A stretch of 64,000 bases of DNA, taken from Myxococcota bacterium (GTDB lineage: Bacteria; Myxococcota_A; UBA9042). A program made the translations under genes and the position numbers. The notes beneath the pieces were generated by a model. That model worked only from the letters and a program-made list of their open reading frames with translations. It was not told the DNA's origin and searched no databases. This document shows, in pieces, positions 1 to 7,709 of the stretch; within the stretch, counting starts at the first letter, position 1, and every line of letters starts with the position of its first letter. The stretch spans positions 71,180 to 135,179 of the forward strand of contig CAXNCS010000003.1 of assembly GCA_964201005.1 (NCBI GenBank), given 5' to 3'.

Positions 1-808
1 CCTCTTCGCGGGTCAGGCGGCGGGCCATGGCAAAGCACTCGCGATCGCTGACCTGCATCACATCGTCGATCCACTGGAATTCCAGGGCGCCGCAGACCAT
101 ATCCTCGCCAATACCCTCAACTTTGTAGGTGTGGGGCTCGCCGTGGGTCTTGGTGTGGAACATGTCGTAGTAGATCGACCCCTCGGGGTCAACACCTACC
201 GTGCGCACGCGATTCGTCTGCTCTTTGATGTACTTGGCCGTGCCGCTCAACGTGCCGCCGGTGCCCAGGCCGCCGATCAGGTAGGTGAAGTTGCCGCCGG
301 TCTGCTCCCAAATCTCCGGGCCCGTGGAGCGGTAGTGCGCGTCGATGTTGAGCTTATTGTGGTACTGATTGAGCATGAACGAGCCCGGATTCTCGCGGTG
401 AATGCGCTTGGCCGTCTCGTAGTAGCTGTTGGGGTCGTCGGCCGGCACCGCAGTCGGGGTGACGATGACCTCAGCGCCAAAGGCCTTGAGCCGGTTGACC
501 TTTTCCTGGCTCATCTTGTCGGGCATGGTAAAGATGCAGCGGTAGCCTTTGACCGCCGCGGCCATCGCCACGCCCACGCCGGTGTTGCCTGAGGTATTCT
601 CAATGATCAGCCCGCCCGGCTTGAGCTTGCCGGTGCGCTCGGCCTCTTCAATGATGTGAAGGGCCATGCGGTCCTTGATCGAGCTGCCCGGGTTCATGTA
701 CTCGAGCTTGGCCAGCACTCGAGCGTCGTGGCGGCCCACCACGCGATTGAGCTGGACCAGCGGCGTGTCGCCGATCGCGTGAAGAACATTGTTAAAGATA
801 CCGCGCAT
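1..808 (-). CDS. PLP-dependent cysteine synthase / cystathionine beta-synthase family protein (N-terminal ~269 codons; rest lies beyond the left window edge)
   Basis: Absent from the ORF track because it is open at the window edge. Reverse-strand translation from ATG (complement of 806-808) reads MRGIFNNVLHAIGDTPLVQLNRVV..LEYMNPGSSIKDRMALHII..ENTSGNTGVGVAMAAAVKGYRCIFTMPDKMSQEKVNRLKAFGAEV..GGLGTGGTLSG. This gives the PLP-lysine motif (SIKDR), SGNTG and the GTGGT loop of CysK/CysM/CBS fold-type II enzymes. Confidence 0.85.
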   Translation of the reverse strand, partial: MRGIFNNVLHAIGDTPLVQLNRVVGRHDARVLAKLEYMNPGSSIKDRMALHIIEEAERTGKLKPGGLIIENTSGNTGVGVAMAAAVKGYRCIFTMPDKMSQEKVNRLKAFGAEVIVTPTAVPADDPNSYYETAKRIHRENPGSFMLNQYHNKLNIDAHYRSTGPEIWEQTGGNFTYLIGGLGTGGTLSGTAKYIKEQTNRVRTVGVDPEGSIYYDMFHTKTHGEPHTYKVEGIGEDMVCGALEFQWIDDVMQVSDRECFAMARRLTREE

Positions 809-1024
809 GGATGAACTCCGGCGAAAGGTTCGGAATGAGGCCAGGGCGGTGTTCCTGCAAAGGGCAGGCGCCGAATCGGCCCCTAAGGGGGCAAAATGAT
901 GCCCCACATGCCGAATCGCGCGCAAGTCCCAGCGAGCAGAATCCGCCGGGGTGGCGAGCCAATTCCCGGGCCCGTGCGGGGCCGCGGCATGGACGGAGCC
1001 GGCCGGCATCGCTACCCTAGGGCC

Positions 1025-2989
1025 ATGCTAGCTCGCCTCCACCGCCGTCCATTGCAGTTCCTCGCCGCGCTGATGCTCTTGGCTTTCGCGACTCCCGCGC
1101 GCGCCCATGATCTGCACCGCGATGACCAGGGCCGCGTCGTCAGCTTTGGCGATCGGCCGATCAGCGTCTACCTCAGCAGCGGCGGCGGCCCGGCCGATGT
1201 CAGCCTCGCCGCGCAAGTCAAAGCCCTGCAAGGTGCGCTGGAGGCCTGGCGAGGGGTGCCCGGGACCCACGTGGCGCTGCGGTACGGCGGGGTGGTGGCA
1301 GAGCCGGCGCGCTTTGACATCGACGTCGCCTTTGACAGCGACTTTCAAGCGGAAGCTGGCGAAGTTCTGGCCAAGACCGTGCGCAGCACCTCTAGCGATG
1401 GCAAGCTCTTGCACGCCCAAATTCTCCTCAACGGCCGCGACGTTCAGTGGACCGGGGGCTTCCTGCAACCGGGCCGTGTCGTCACCGCTGATCTGCAAGG
1501 CGTGATCACCCACCAGATCGGCCACGCCCTGGGCCTCGGCCACAGCCGCGACCGCAGCGCCACGATGTACTTTTACGGCACCAAGGCCGTGCTCCGCAGT
1601 CTGTCAGCGGATGACCAGCGCGGCCTGCGGGTGCTGTGGCCTTCGTCGCCCACGCCCACCTCAGAGGGCGGCCAGTGCGACGGCTGTGAAAGCGACGCCC
1701 ACTGCGCGCCCGGAGCCGTCTGCCTCGCTTGGCCTGATGGGGCTCGCCACTGCGCCTTGCCCTGCCAGAACCACGACGACTGCCCCACCGGCCACAGCTG
1801 CGGCAGCTACAAGGGCGGCCAAGCCTGCCTCCCCAATGACGAGCACTGCAAAGCGGACGCGGCCCGCACGGGCTTGGGCGGCAACTGCGCAAGCGATCTG
1901 GCCTGCGGCAATGGGTTTTGCCAGCCCGCTGCCCCTGTTGGCTTCTGTGCGGGCAGCTGCCAGGATTGCGGAGCGCCGGGCCAGTGCGTGCAAACCAATG
2001 TCGGCCCCTTGTGCCTACTGCGCGGACCTGGGGCCCTGGGAGATCCTTGCTGGATCCCAAGTGATTGCAAGTCCATGCTCTGCGCCCCCAGCGTCGGCGG
2101 CGGCGGGCGCTGCACCCAATCTTGCGCAACCGGCTGCCCCAGCGGCTACAGCTGTGCGGCCAACAACACCTGCGAAAAGAGCGGCGGCGCCTTGAGCCTA
2201 CCGGTGGGCTGGCCGTGTCAGAGCGGCTTTGACTGCGCCTCTGGCCTCTGCCACACCACCCCCGGCGCGCGCTTTGACAGTGTGTGCAGCGTCTCCTGCA
2301 AGTTCGCCACCGATTGCCCTTTGGGCACGGGATGTTCTATGCAGGGCGACCAGGGCTGGTGCATCCCGTCCAGCCAGTCTAGCGGTGTCGCCGGCCAGCC
2401 GTGTTCGGCCAGTGGCCAATGCTCAGGCGGCTTGCGGTGCGACAAAGGCTACCTCCCCGAGCTAGGGGCATGCCGCGTCCCCTGCGACCCCTACGCCCCT
2501 GCCCCCAGCGAATGCGCCTCGGCTGAGGTTTGCGTCGGCACCGGCCAGGGCAAGGGCGTCTGCCGACCGGCCTTGGGCGGCCAAAAAGCCTTAGGCCAGC
2601 CGTGTTCCGCCAGCGAACCTTGCCGCGATGACCTCATCTGCGCAGCCTTGGGAAGCGACTCACCGCTGTGCTTGGCGGACTGCGACCCCGCCGACAAAGC
2701 AACCTGCAGCAGCAATTGCGCCGCGCTCGCCGTTGCGCCCGACCGCGGAGTCTGCAGCACCTCCAGCGCAGCCGTGGCCGTGGAGGTTGCCCCGCTCAAC
2801 CCGCCGCCGCCCAACCTGTTTGCCAGGTCCATCGCCTTGCCGGACGTCATCCCCGCGGCGCAATGGAAATACTCCCCCAAGCCGAGCAAGGACAGCGGCG
2901 GATGCGCGGCTGGTCCCTCTGGTCATGTGGGCCTTCTCTGGGCGCTAGGGGCGCTTCTGGCCGGCCTGCGCCGGCGTCGCTCCGCCTAA
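1025..2989 (+). CDS. Secreted matrixin-like (metzincin) domain protein with Cys-rich repeat modules and a MYXO-CTERM-type tail; catalytic Glu replaced by Gln
   Basis: ORF 896-2989, with the start moved to ATG 1025 (MLARLHRRPLQFLAALMLLAFATPARA/HD reads as a signal peptide). Matrixin signature VITHQIGHALGLGHS..SATMYFY..LSADDQRGLRVLW, but the motif is HQxxH (CAG at 1514-1516). About six Cys-rich modules follow (GQPCSASGQCSGGLRC, GQPCSASEPCRDDLIC etc.), then a GGC-hydrophobic-RRRR tail. Confidence 0.8.
   Translation: MLARLHRRPLQFLAALMLLAFATPARAHDLHRDDQGRVVSFGDRPISVYLSSGGGPADVSLAAQVKALQGALEAWRGVPGTHVALRYGGVVAEPARFDIDVAFDSDFQAEAGEVLAKTVRSTSSDGKLLHAQILLNGRDVQWTGGFLQPGRVVTADLQGVITHQIGHALGLGHSRDRSATMYFYGTKAVLRSLSADDQRGLRVLWPSSPTPTSEGGQCDGCESDAHCAPGAVCLAWPDGARHCALPCQNHDDCPTGHSCGSYKGGQACLPNDEHCKADAARTGLGGNCASDLACGNGFCQPAAPVGFCAGSCQDCGAPGQCVQTNVGPLCLLRGPGALGDPCWIPSDCKSMLCAPSVGGGGRCTQSCATGCPSGYSCAANNTCEKSGGALSLPVGWPCQSGFDCASGLCHTTPGARFDSVCSVSCKFATDCPLGTGCSMQGDQGWCIPSSQSSGVAGQPCSASGQCSGGLRCDKGYLPELGACRVPCDPYAPAPSECASAEVCVGTGQGKGVCRPALGGQKALGQPCSASEPCRDDLICAALGSDSPLCLADCDPADKATCSSNCAALAVAPDRGVCSTSSAAVAVEVAPLNPPPPNLFARSIALPDVIPAAQWKYSPKPSKDSGGCAAGPSGHVGLLWALGALLAGLRRRRSA
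2897..2986 (+). other. MYXO-CTERM-type C-terminal sorting tag of the matrixin-like protein
   Basis: The last 30 residues are GGCAAGPSGHVGLLWALGALLAGLRRRRSA: Gly-Gly-Cys, a hydrophobic helix, then an Arg cluster at the extreme C-terminus. Confidence 0.7.
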
Positions 2990-3100
2990 TTCTCCAGCGC
3001 GATTCATTTGCTGCCCAGGCGCTGACCGATCGCTCGCACGGCCCGACGCTGCGGATTCGCGGCAAAACGCCGGTCCAACGTGAAGCGCTCTGTGTGTGTA

Positions 3101-3171
3101 GGCCCCTCATCGCAGGGGCTTTGCCGCGCCGCCTCCCCTGCCGGCCGAATCTTCGCGGCGGGCAGGGGAGG
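3101..3171. terminator. Two GC-rich hairpins between convergent genes (possible bidirectional terminator)
   Basis: ggcccctcatcgcaggggc(ttt) at 3101-3120. CCTCCCCTGCC (3132-3142) pairs with GGCAGGGGAGG (3161-3171). Both lie between the stop of the + gene (2989) and the stop of the - gene (3196). The T-tracts are weak. Confidence 0.35.
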
Positions 3172-3195
3172 GCGCTGGCGTCTCAGCCGTAGCGT

Positions 3196-5235
3196 CTACA
3201 GCTTTCCGTTCAGCAACTGGTCGATCACCTTGGCCATTTTGTCCGGCCGCGGCGCACCATTGTACTGGCGACCGTTGATGTACAGCGCCGGCGTGCCGCG
3301 AACGCCAGAAGCGCCGGCTTCCGCGATGTCTTTGGTCAGCTTGGCTTCGTACTTCTTGCTGTTGACGTACGCTTCGGCCTTGGCCACGTCCATGCCGATT
3401 TCCTTAGCATACTTCTTCATGTTCTCTGTCTGGGCCTTGAGCTTGCTGTCCATGTCGCCGTCATTGGGCATCATGGTCTGGTAGTTCTGGTAAATGATAT
3501 CCTCAAATTCCCAGAACTTGCCCTGCTCCTCGGCCGCCAGAGACCAGTAGTGCGCCATGCAAGCCGCCGGGTGCATGTCGCGGCTCATGCCCTTGTTGCA
3601 CTGGCTGGACAGCGGGAAGTGCTTCCACACGATCGCCACCTTGCCGCCCGAGTCCTTCTGCAACTGCTTGAGAGCCGGGTTGATCTTCGCGCAGAACGGG
3701 CACTGGAAGTCCTTGAACTCGACGATCTTGACTTTGGCGTCCCTGGGGCCCAGGTGCGGCGAGCCGTTGTAGTCAAAATCGTTGACCTTTGCCTCTAGCG
3801 GCGGCGGCGGAATGATCTCCTTGGCGCCTTCCATGGTCTTGGCGTAGACATCCTTCTTGGCCACGCCCGCCTTGACCCGCTCTTCGGCCTTGGGCAGCTC
3901 TTCGTCGATGATCTTCTTGAAGTCGTCAAACGGCCGCGCACCGCCGATCTTGCGGCCCATGATAAAGAACGCCGGCGTACCGGTCGCGGTGATCTTCTCG
4001 GCGGTGGCCATGTCTTTGGCCACGTGATCCTTGTACTTGTGCGCGGTCATGCACGCCTGCCACTTGGCCACGTCCAGGCCGACTTCCTTGGCGTGGGCCG
4101 GCAACTTCTCTGCCGCCAACTCGCCCTGGTTGCTGAACAGGCGGCCTTCCATCTCCCAGAACTTGCCCTGATCCTTGGCGCACAGCGCGGCCTCCGCAGC
4201 GCCCATGGCGTCCTTGTGAAAGTCGAGCGGCAAATTCTTAAACACGATCCGCACTTTGTCGCCGTAGTTCTTCTCCACTTCGTCCAGGGCGCCGCGGGCC
4301 TTGCTGCAGAAGGGGCACTGAAAATCGGTGAATTCCACAACGGTGATCAAAGCATCCGCCGGGCCCTTGGTCGGCTCGTCGCCGTGCAGGTCGACCTTCC
4401 AGACGGTCTTGTCGTCTTCCGGCGGCTTGCGCGGCTTGTCTGCGGCCTGACCGGCGTCTTTGGGCGGCGTACCACCTTTGAACACCAGGTCGATGATCTG
4501 CGCGCCGACGGCGGGGTTGTTCGCCCGCGCCAGCCGCTCGTGCAGCTCTTCGGCCTTGGCGCCCTTGGCGATCTCGTCATTGGCCTTCTGGATCTGCTCG
4601 TCAATGATCTTCTTGAAGTTTTCTTTGGGCTGGGCGCCAGAGACGTTCACGCCGTTGATAAAGAAGCCCGGCGTGCCGCGAACTCCAAGGGCGTTGGCTA
4701 CCTGCTGATCGCGATCGACAAAAGCGGCCACCGCCGGATCCTTGAGATCGGCTTCAAACTTGGCCATGTCCAGGCCGATCTCCTTGCCCCACTTCTTGTA
4801 GTTGTCGTCGCTCAGGTCTTTGGCATTGCTGAACAGCTTGTCGTACATTTCCCAGAACTTGCCCTGCTTGTGCGCGGCGATCGAGGCGATGGCCGAAGGG
4901 CGGGCATTGGGGTGGAAGCCCAGGGGCTGCTGCACAAAGACGATCTTGACGTCCTTGGGATAATCCTTGTGCAATTCGTCCAGCGTCGCCTTGGCGCGCG
5001 AGCAGAATGGGCACTGGAAATCGCTAATCTCAATGATGGTGACCTTGGCATCGGCCGGGCCGAGCACCGGATTGGTCAGCCCGGCCGCAGCAGCGGGCTC
5101 CTTGGGCGCTTCCGCGGGGGCCGTGACCGGAGCCGCGGGTCCGGGCGTCGGCGCCGGCTTCTTGATCAGGTAGCCGCCGACGAACGCCGCGACTGCGACG
5201 GCGACGACGGCAATGATAGTCTTGTCGTTCTTCAT
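3196..5235 (-). CDS. Membrane-anchored thiol:disulfide oxidoreductase with three tandem DsbA-like thioredoxin domains
   Basis: ORF 3196-5277, with the start moved to ATG 5235 (GAGGAA 5 nt upstream; MKNDKTIIAVVAVAVAAFVGGYLI is an N-terminal anchor). There are three repeats of the DsbA pattern, each with an FQCPFC active site plus QGKFWE and GTP(G/A)(F/L) motifs: IEISDFQCPFCSRA, VEFTDFQCPFCSKA, VEFKDFQCPFCAKI. Confidence 0.85.
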   Translation of the reverse strand: MKNDKTIIAVVAVAVAAFVGGYLIKKPAPTPGPAAPVTAPAEAPKEPAAAAGLTNPVLGPADAKVTIIEISDFQCPFCSRAKATLDELHKDYPKDVKIVFVQQPLGFHPNARPSAIASIAAHKQGKFWEMYDKLFSNAKDLSDDNYKKWGKEIGLDMAKFEADLKDPAVAAFVDRDQQVANALGVRGTPGFFINGVNVSGAQPKENFKKIIDEQIQKANDEIAKGAKAEELHERLARANNPAVGAQIIDLVFKGGTPPKDAGQAADKPRKPPEDDKTVWKVDLHGDEPTKGPADALITVVEFTDFQCPFCSKARGALDEVEKNYGDKVRIVFKNLPLDFHKDAMGAAEAALCAKDQGKFWEMEGRLFSNQGELAAEKLPAHAKEVGLDVAKWQACMTAHKYKDHVAKDMATAEKITATGTPAFFIMGRKIGGARPFDDFKKIIDEELPKAEERVKAGVAKKDVYAKTMEGAKEIIPPPPLEAKVNDFDYNGSPHLGPRDAKVKIVEFKDFQCPFCAKINPALKQLQKDSGGKVAIVWKHFPLSSQCNKGMSRDMHPAACMAHYWSLAAEEQGKFWEFEDIIYQNYQTMMPNDGDMDSKLKAQTENMKKYAKEIGMDVAKAEAYVNSKKYEAKLTKDIAEAGASGVRGTPALYINGRQYNGAPRPDKMAKVIDQLLNGKL

Positions 5236-5436
5236 GATTCCTCGGGTTCGACGCGGGGGACGCCGGCAGGTGGCCACCTGGGGCGCAAAGGGTCAGTAGT
5301 TTACCTGCACAGCAGACCCCTTGCAACGCCACCCGCCGCCAAGCTATTCCAGCGGATCCTTGGCCATGCCCTTGCGCTAACGGCCCCAAACAGGTGCAAT
5401 TGAGCCAAGCGCCCGCCGTGGCGCTGCGAGCCCGCC

Positions 5437-6393
5437 GTGTCGCTTCCCCGTATTGCCCCTGCTGTCACCGCAGCCTTGGCCACCGCCGCAGTGGCATGCC
5501 AGCCCACTGTGCCAGCCGCGCCCAGTTCAGCGGCCGCTTCCACAGCCTCGACTGCCGCCGCGCCGCTTTCTCCTGCCGATGTCCACCGCCAAGCCCTTCA
5601 ACGCGACCCCGAGCCCACCGATGAGGCCTTGCGCGATCTGCTCAGCGAACTCAAAGACCGCTTTCGCTGCAACGCCATCTCAGGCTGTCCGGTACACACG
5701 CGCATCGTCCAATACGGTTGGGCGGCAAGACCTTACTTGGAGACGCTGTTCAATAAGGCCGGCTGGCAGGCGGCCTATCGCGCGCGAACCGCCCAAATCG
5801 TCGCGGAGCTGGCCGATCCCTTGGCGGAGCCATTCTTGGTGCGCTTGCTCGAAGACCGAGACCCAGAAGCGCGCGGCCACGCGGCGGTGGGCTTGGCACG
5901 GCTGGGAGCTGTCCAACACCGCACTCGATTGCAGGAACTGCGCCACTCCGATCAGCTTTGGCAGGCTCCGGCGCGCTTGGGCGCCTTGTTCGCCCTGTGG
6001 CGCCTAGGCGATTCCGCGGCGGGCAGCGAGTTTGCCTCGGCCTTGGCGGGTCTCGCCCCGCTGCACAGCGCCGGGCCCGCACTGACGCTGGGCGCAGATC
6101 TGTGCCGCCAAACCGACGCACCGGACTGCAGCGCCGCCCTGCCGCTGATCGCCCGCCATCCCGGTTTTCAACCTAGACGCGCGGCATTGCACGCCATGAC
6201 CTCGCGTCTGCGACCCAGCTACGCCCCGGCCTTGGTCTATTTGCTTGGCGACCAAGCTCGGTCGATTCGCGATGAAGCCGAAGGCGCCCTCGTCGCCCTC
6301 ACTGGCGATCACCAGCGCTCTGGACGGCAGGCCTGGCACGAGTGGTGCAGCGCCGGTGGTTGTGCGGCTCTAACCGGCCCGCAGCAGCGGTAG
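5437..6393 (+). CDS. HEAT-like repeat protein, probable lipoprotein
   Basis: GTG start. The N-terminus SLPRIAPAVTAALATAAVAC/QPT looks like a lipoprotein signal. Repeats of HEAT/PBS-lyase type are present (LLEDRDPEARGHAAVGLARLG, LLGDQARSIRDEAEGALVALTG). Codon bias is consistent with coding. The 3' end overlaps the convergent gene by 24 nt. Confidence 0.6.
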   Translation: MSLPRIAPAVTAALATAAVACQPTVPAAPSSAAASTASTAAAPLSPADVHRQALQRDPEPTDEALRDLLSELKDRFRCNAISGCPVHTRIVQYGWAARPYLETLFNKAGWQAAYRARTAQIVAELADPLAEPFLVRLLEDRDPEARGHAAVGLARLGAVQHRTRLQELRHSDQLWQAPARLGALFALWRLGDSAAGSEFASALAGLAPLHSAGPALTLGADLCRQTDAPDCSAALPLIARHPGFQPRRAALHAMTSRLRPSYAPALVYLLGDQARSIRDEAEGALVALTGDHQRSGRQAWHEWCSAGGCAALTGPQQR

Positions 6394-7704
6394 CGTCAAG
6401 CAGCGGGGCCCGCCGCGACCGCGCGAAAGCTCAGATCCGCCCAGCGCCACCACAAAGCGCCGGCCGCCCTGCAGCAGCCACTCCGCATTGGCGATGAACT
6501 GCGCCGGCGTCAAGACCTCAAAACCGCGGCGGTTCAGCTCGCGCAAGGTCGCGGTATTGCGGCCATACAGCACAATTCTCCCGGGGGCCAGGCACACGGC
6601 GTTGGCGCCGTCCGACCACTGCTCGCGCGCCGCTGCCCGGGGGTCGCTGCCGCCGCAGGGCACCCATTCTACAGGTGAACCAGCTTCTTGGAGGGCGCGA
6701 TCGACCCCATAGGGCAGGGCACGGCCGCCGTCCAGCAGATCGATGACCCGCAGCGCTTCAGGGCCCTGCAGCGCCGGCAAATAGGCCAGGGCCAGCCCGC
6801 GGTCCACAAAGGTCATCACCGTGTCCAGGTGCATCATCGCCCGCGCCAGGGGCAGCTGCACGCCCAGGACATGGCGAAATCCTTGCCCCTGCAGGCCGCG
6901 AGCCACAGCCAGCGCACCCCGCAGAGTCGTGCGCTCGCCGATGCCGATGAGCACGGTGTCCGGCGTCACCACCAGCACGTCGCCGCCTTCTACGCAGCGA
7001 TCGTCGATCAGTTCCTCAGGGGCCAAGCCACCGGGCTGGCCGCGGTGATCGGCGCGAATGTCCAGCAGCTGTGCGCCAGCCAACCGCGGATGGTGGCGCG
7101 CTACGCAGCGGGCCAGCACACCGTCGCGCTTTCTCGCCCGCGCCCGGGGATACCCAAGTACCAACTGCTGGCCGACGACAGCCCATAAATCCCGTGCAAA
7201 CAATACGTTGGGGCAAGGTCCCCCCAGAATCTCGGCGTCGTCCCGCGGATCCAGACCGCTGAGCAAGGCCTCGCTGAGCTCGTGGGGGGCCAATTCGCCC
7301 AAGCGGCCGCGCGCCAGGCCCAGCTGACCTGGGTTCGCGCCCAGTTGCAGCTCCAGATCTAGGATTTCCTCGGTCAACGCCCCGCGCACCCCGGGCAGCT
7401 GGAGCACTTGATCCAGAAGATCGCGGAAATCCAGGCACTGGCGGTCACCGGTCGCAGCGGCAATGACCGCCTGCAACTGAGCATGCTCGCTGGCTAACTG
7501 CGGCAGCAGCACCAAGTCATCAAACAGCAGATAGTCGGGATTGGGCTGCCACTCTTCGCCTTGGGTCAATCCGCCGGTGTCGGTCTGGCGTTGGCGCAAG
7601 GCCTGAATGTGCCGCGGCACCATTGCATCCAGCTCCCGGCCGGGAGCGCAGAGGATGCAGGACTGCAACCTCCCCGTTTCGCTGCGGATCGCCGGAGCTG
7701 ACAT
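6370..7704 (-). CDS. Arginine deiminase / amidinotransferase-fold family protein
   Basis: ORF 6370-7755, with the start moved to ATG 7704 (MSAPAIRSETGRLQSCILCAPG resembles the ADI N-terminal SE.G.L..V..H.PG). The C-terminus ELSRGRGGPRCLTLPLLR matches the catalytic-Cys end motif of arginine deiminases (GGG.C.t.Pl.R). No signal peptide. The start lies 5 nt after the stop of the upstream lipoprotein gene. Confidence 0.7.
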   Translation of the reverse strand: MSAPAIRSETGRLQSCILCAPGRELDAMVPRHIQALRQRQTDTGGLTQGEEWQPNPDYLLFDDLVLLPQLASEHAQLQAVIAAATGDRQCLDFRDLLDQVLQLPGVRGALTEEILDLELQLGANPGQLGLARGRLGELAPHELSEALLSGLDPRDDAEILGGPCPNVLFARDLWAVVGQQLVLGYPRARARKRDGVLARCVARHHPRLAGAQLLDIRADHRGQPGGLAPEELIDDRCVEGGDVLVVTPDTVLIGIGERTTLRGALAVARGLQGQGFRHVLGVQLPLARAMMHLDTVMTFVDRGLALAYLPALQGPEALRVIDLLDGGRALPYGVDRALQEAGSPVEWVPCGGSDPRAAAREQWSDGANAVCLAPGRIVLYGRNTATLRELNRRGFEVLTPAQFIANAEWLLQGGRRFVVALGGSELSRGRGGPRCLTLPLLRAG

Positions 7705-7709
7705 GGCGG

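Noticed and set aside
131-592. 153-aa + strand ORF at the left edge
   Set aside because: It is antisense to the edge-truncated cysteine synthase/CBS gene, whose PLP motifs read cleanly on the minus strand.
4024-5403. 459-aa + strand ORF
   Set aside because: It is antisense to the triple-DsbA gene, whose three CPFC thioredoxin modules unambiguously define the minus-strand frame.
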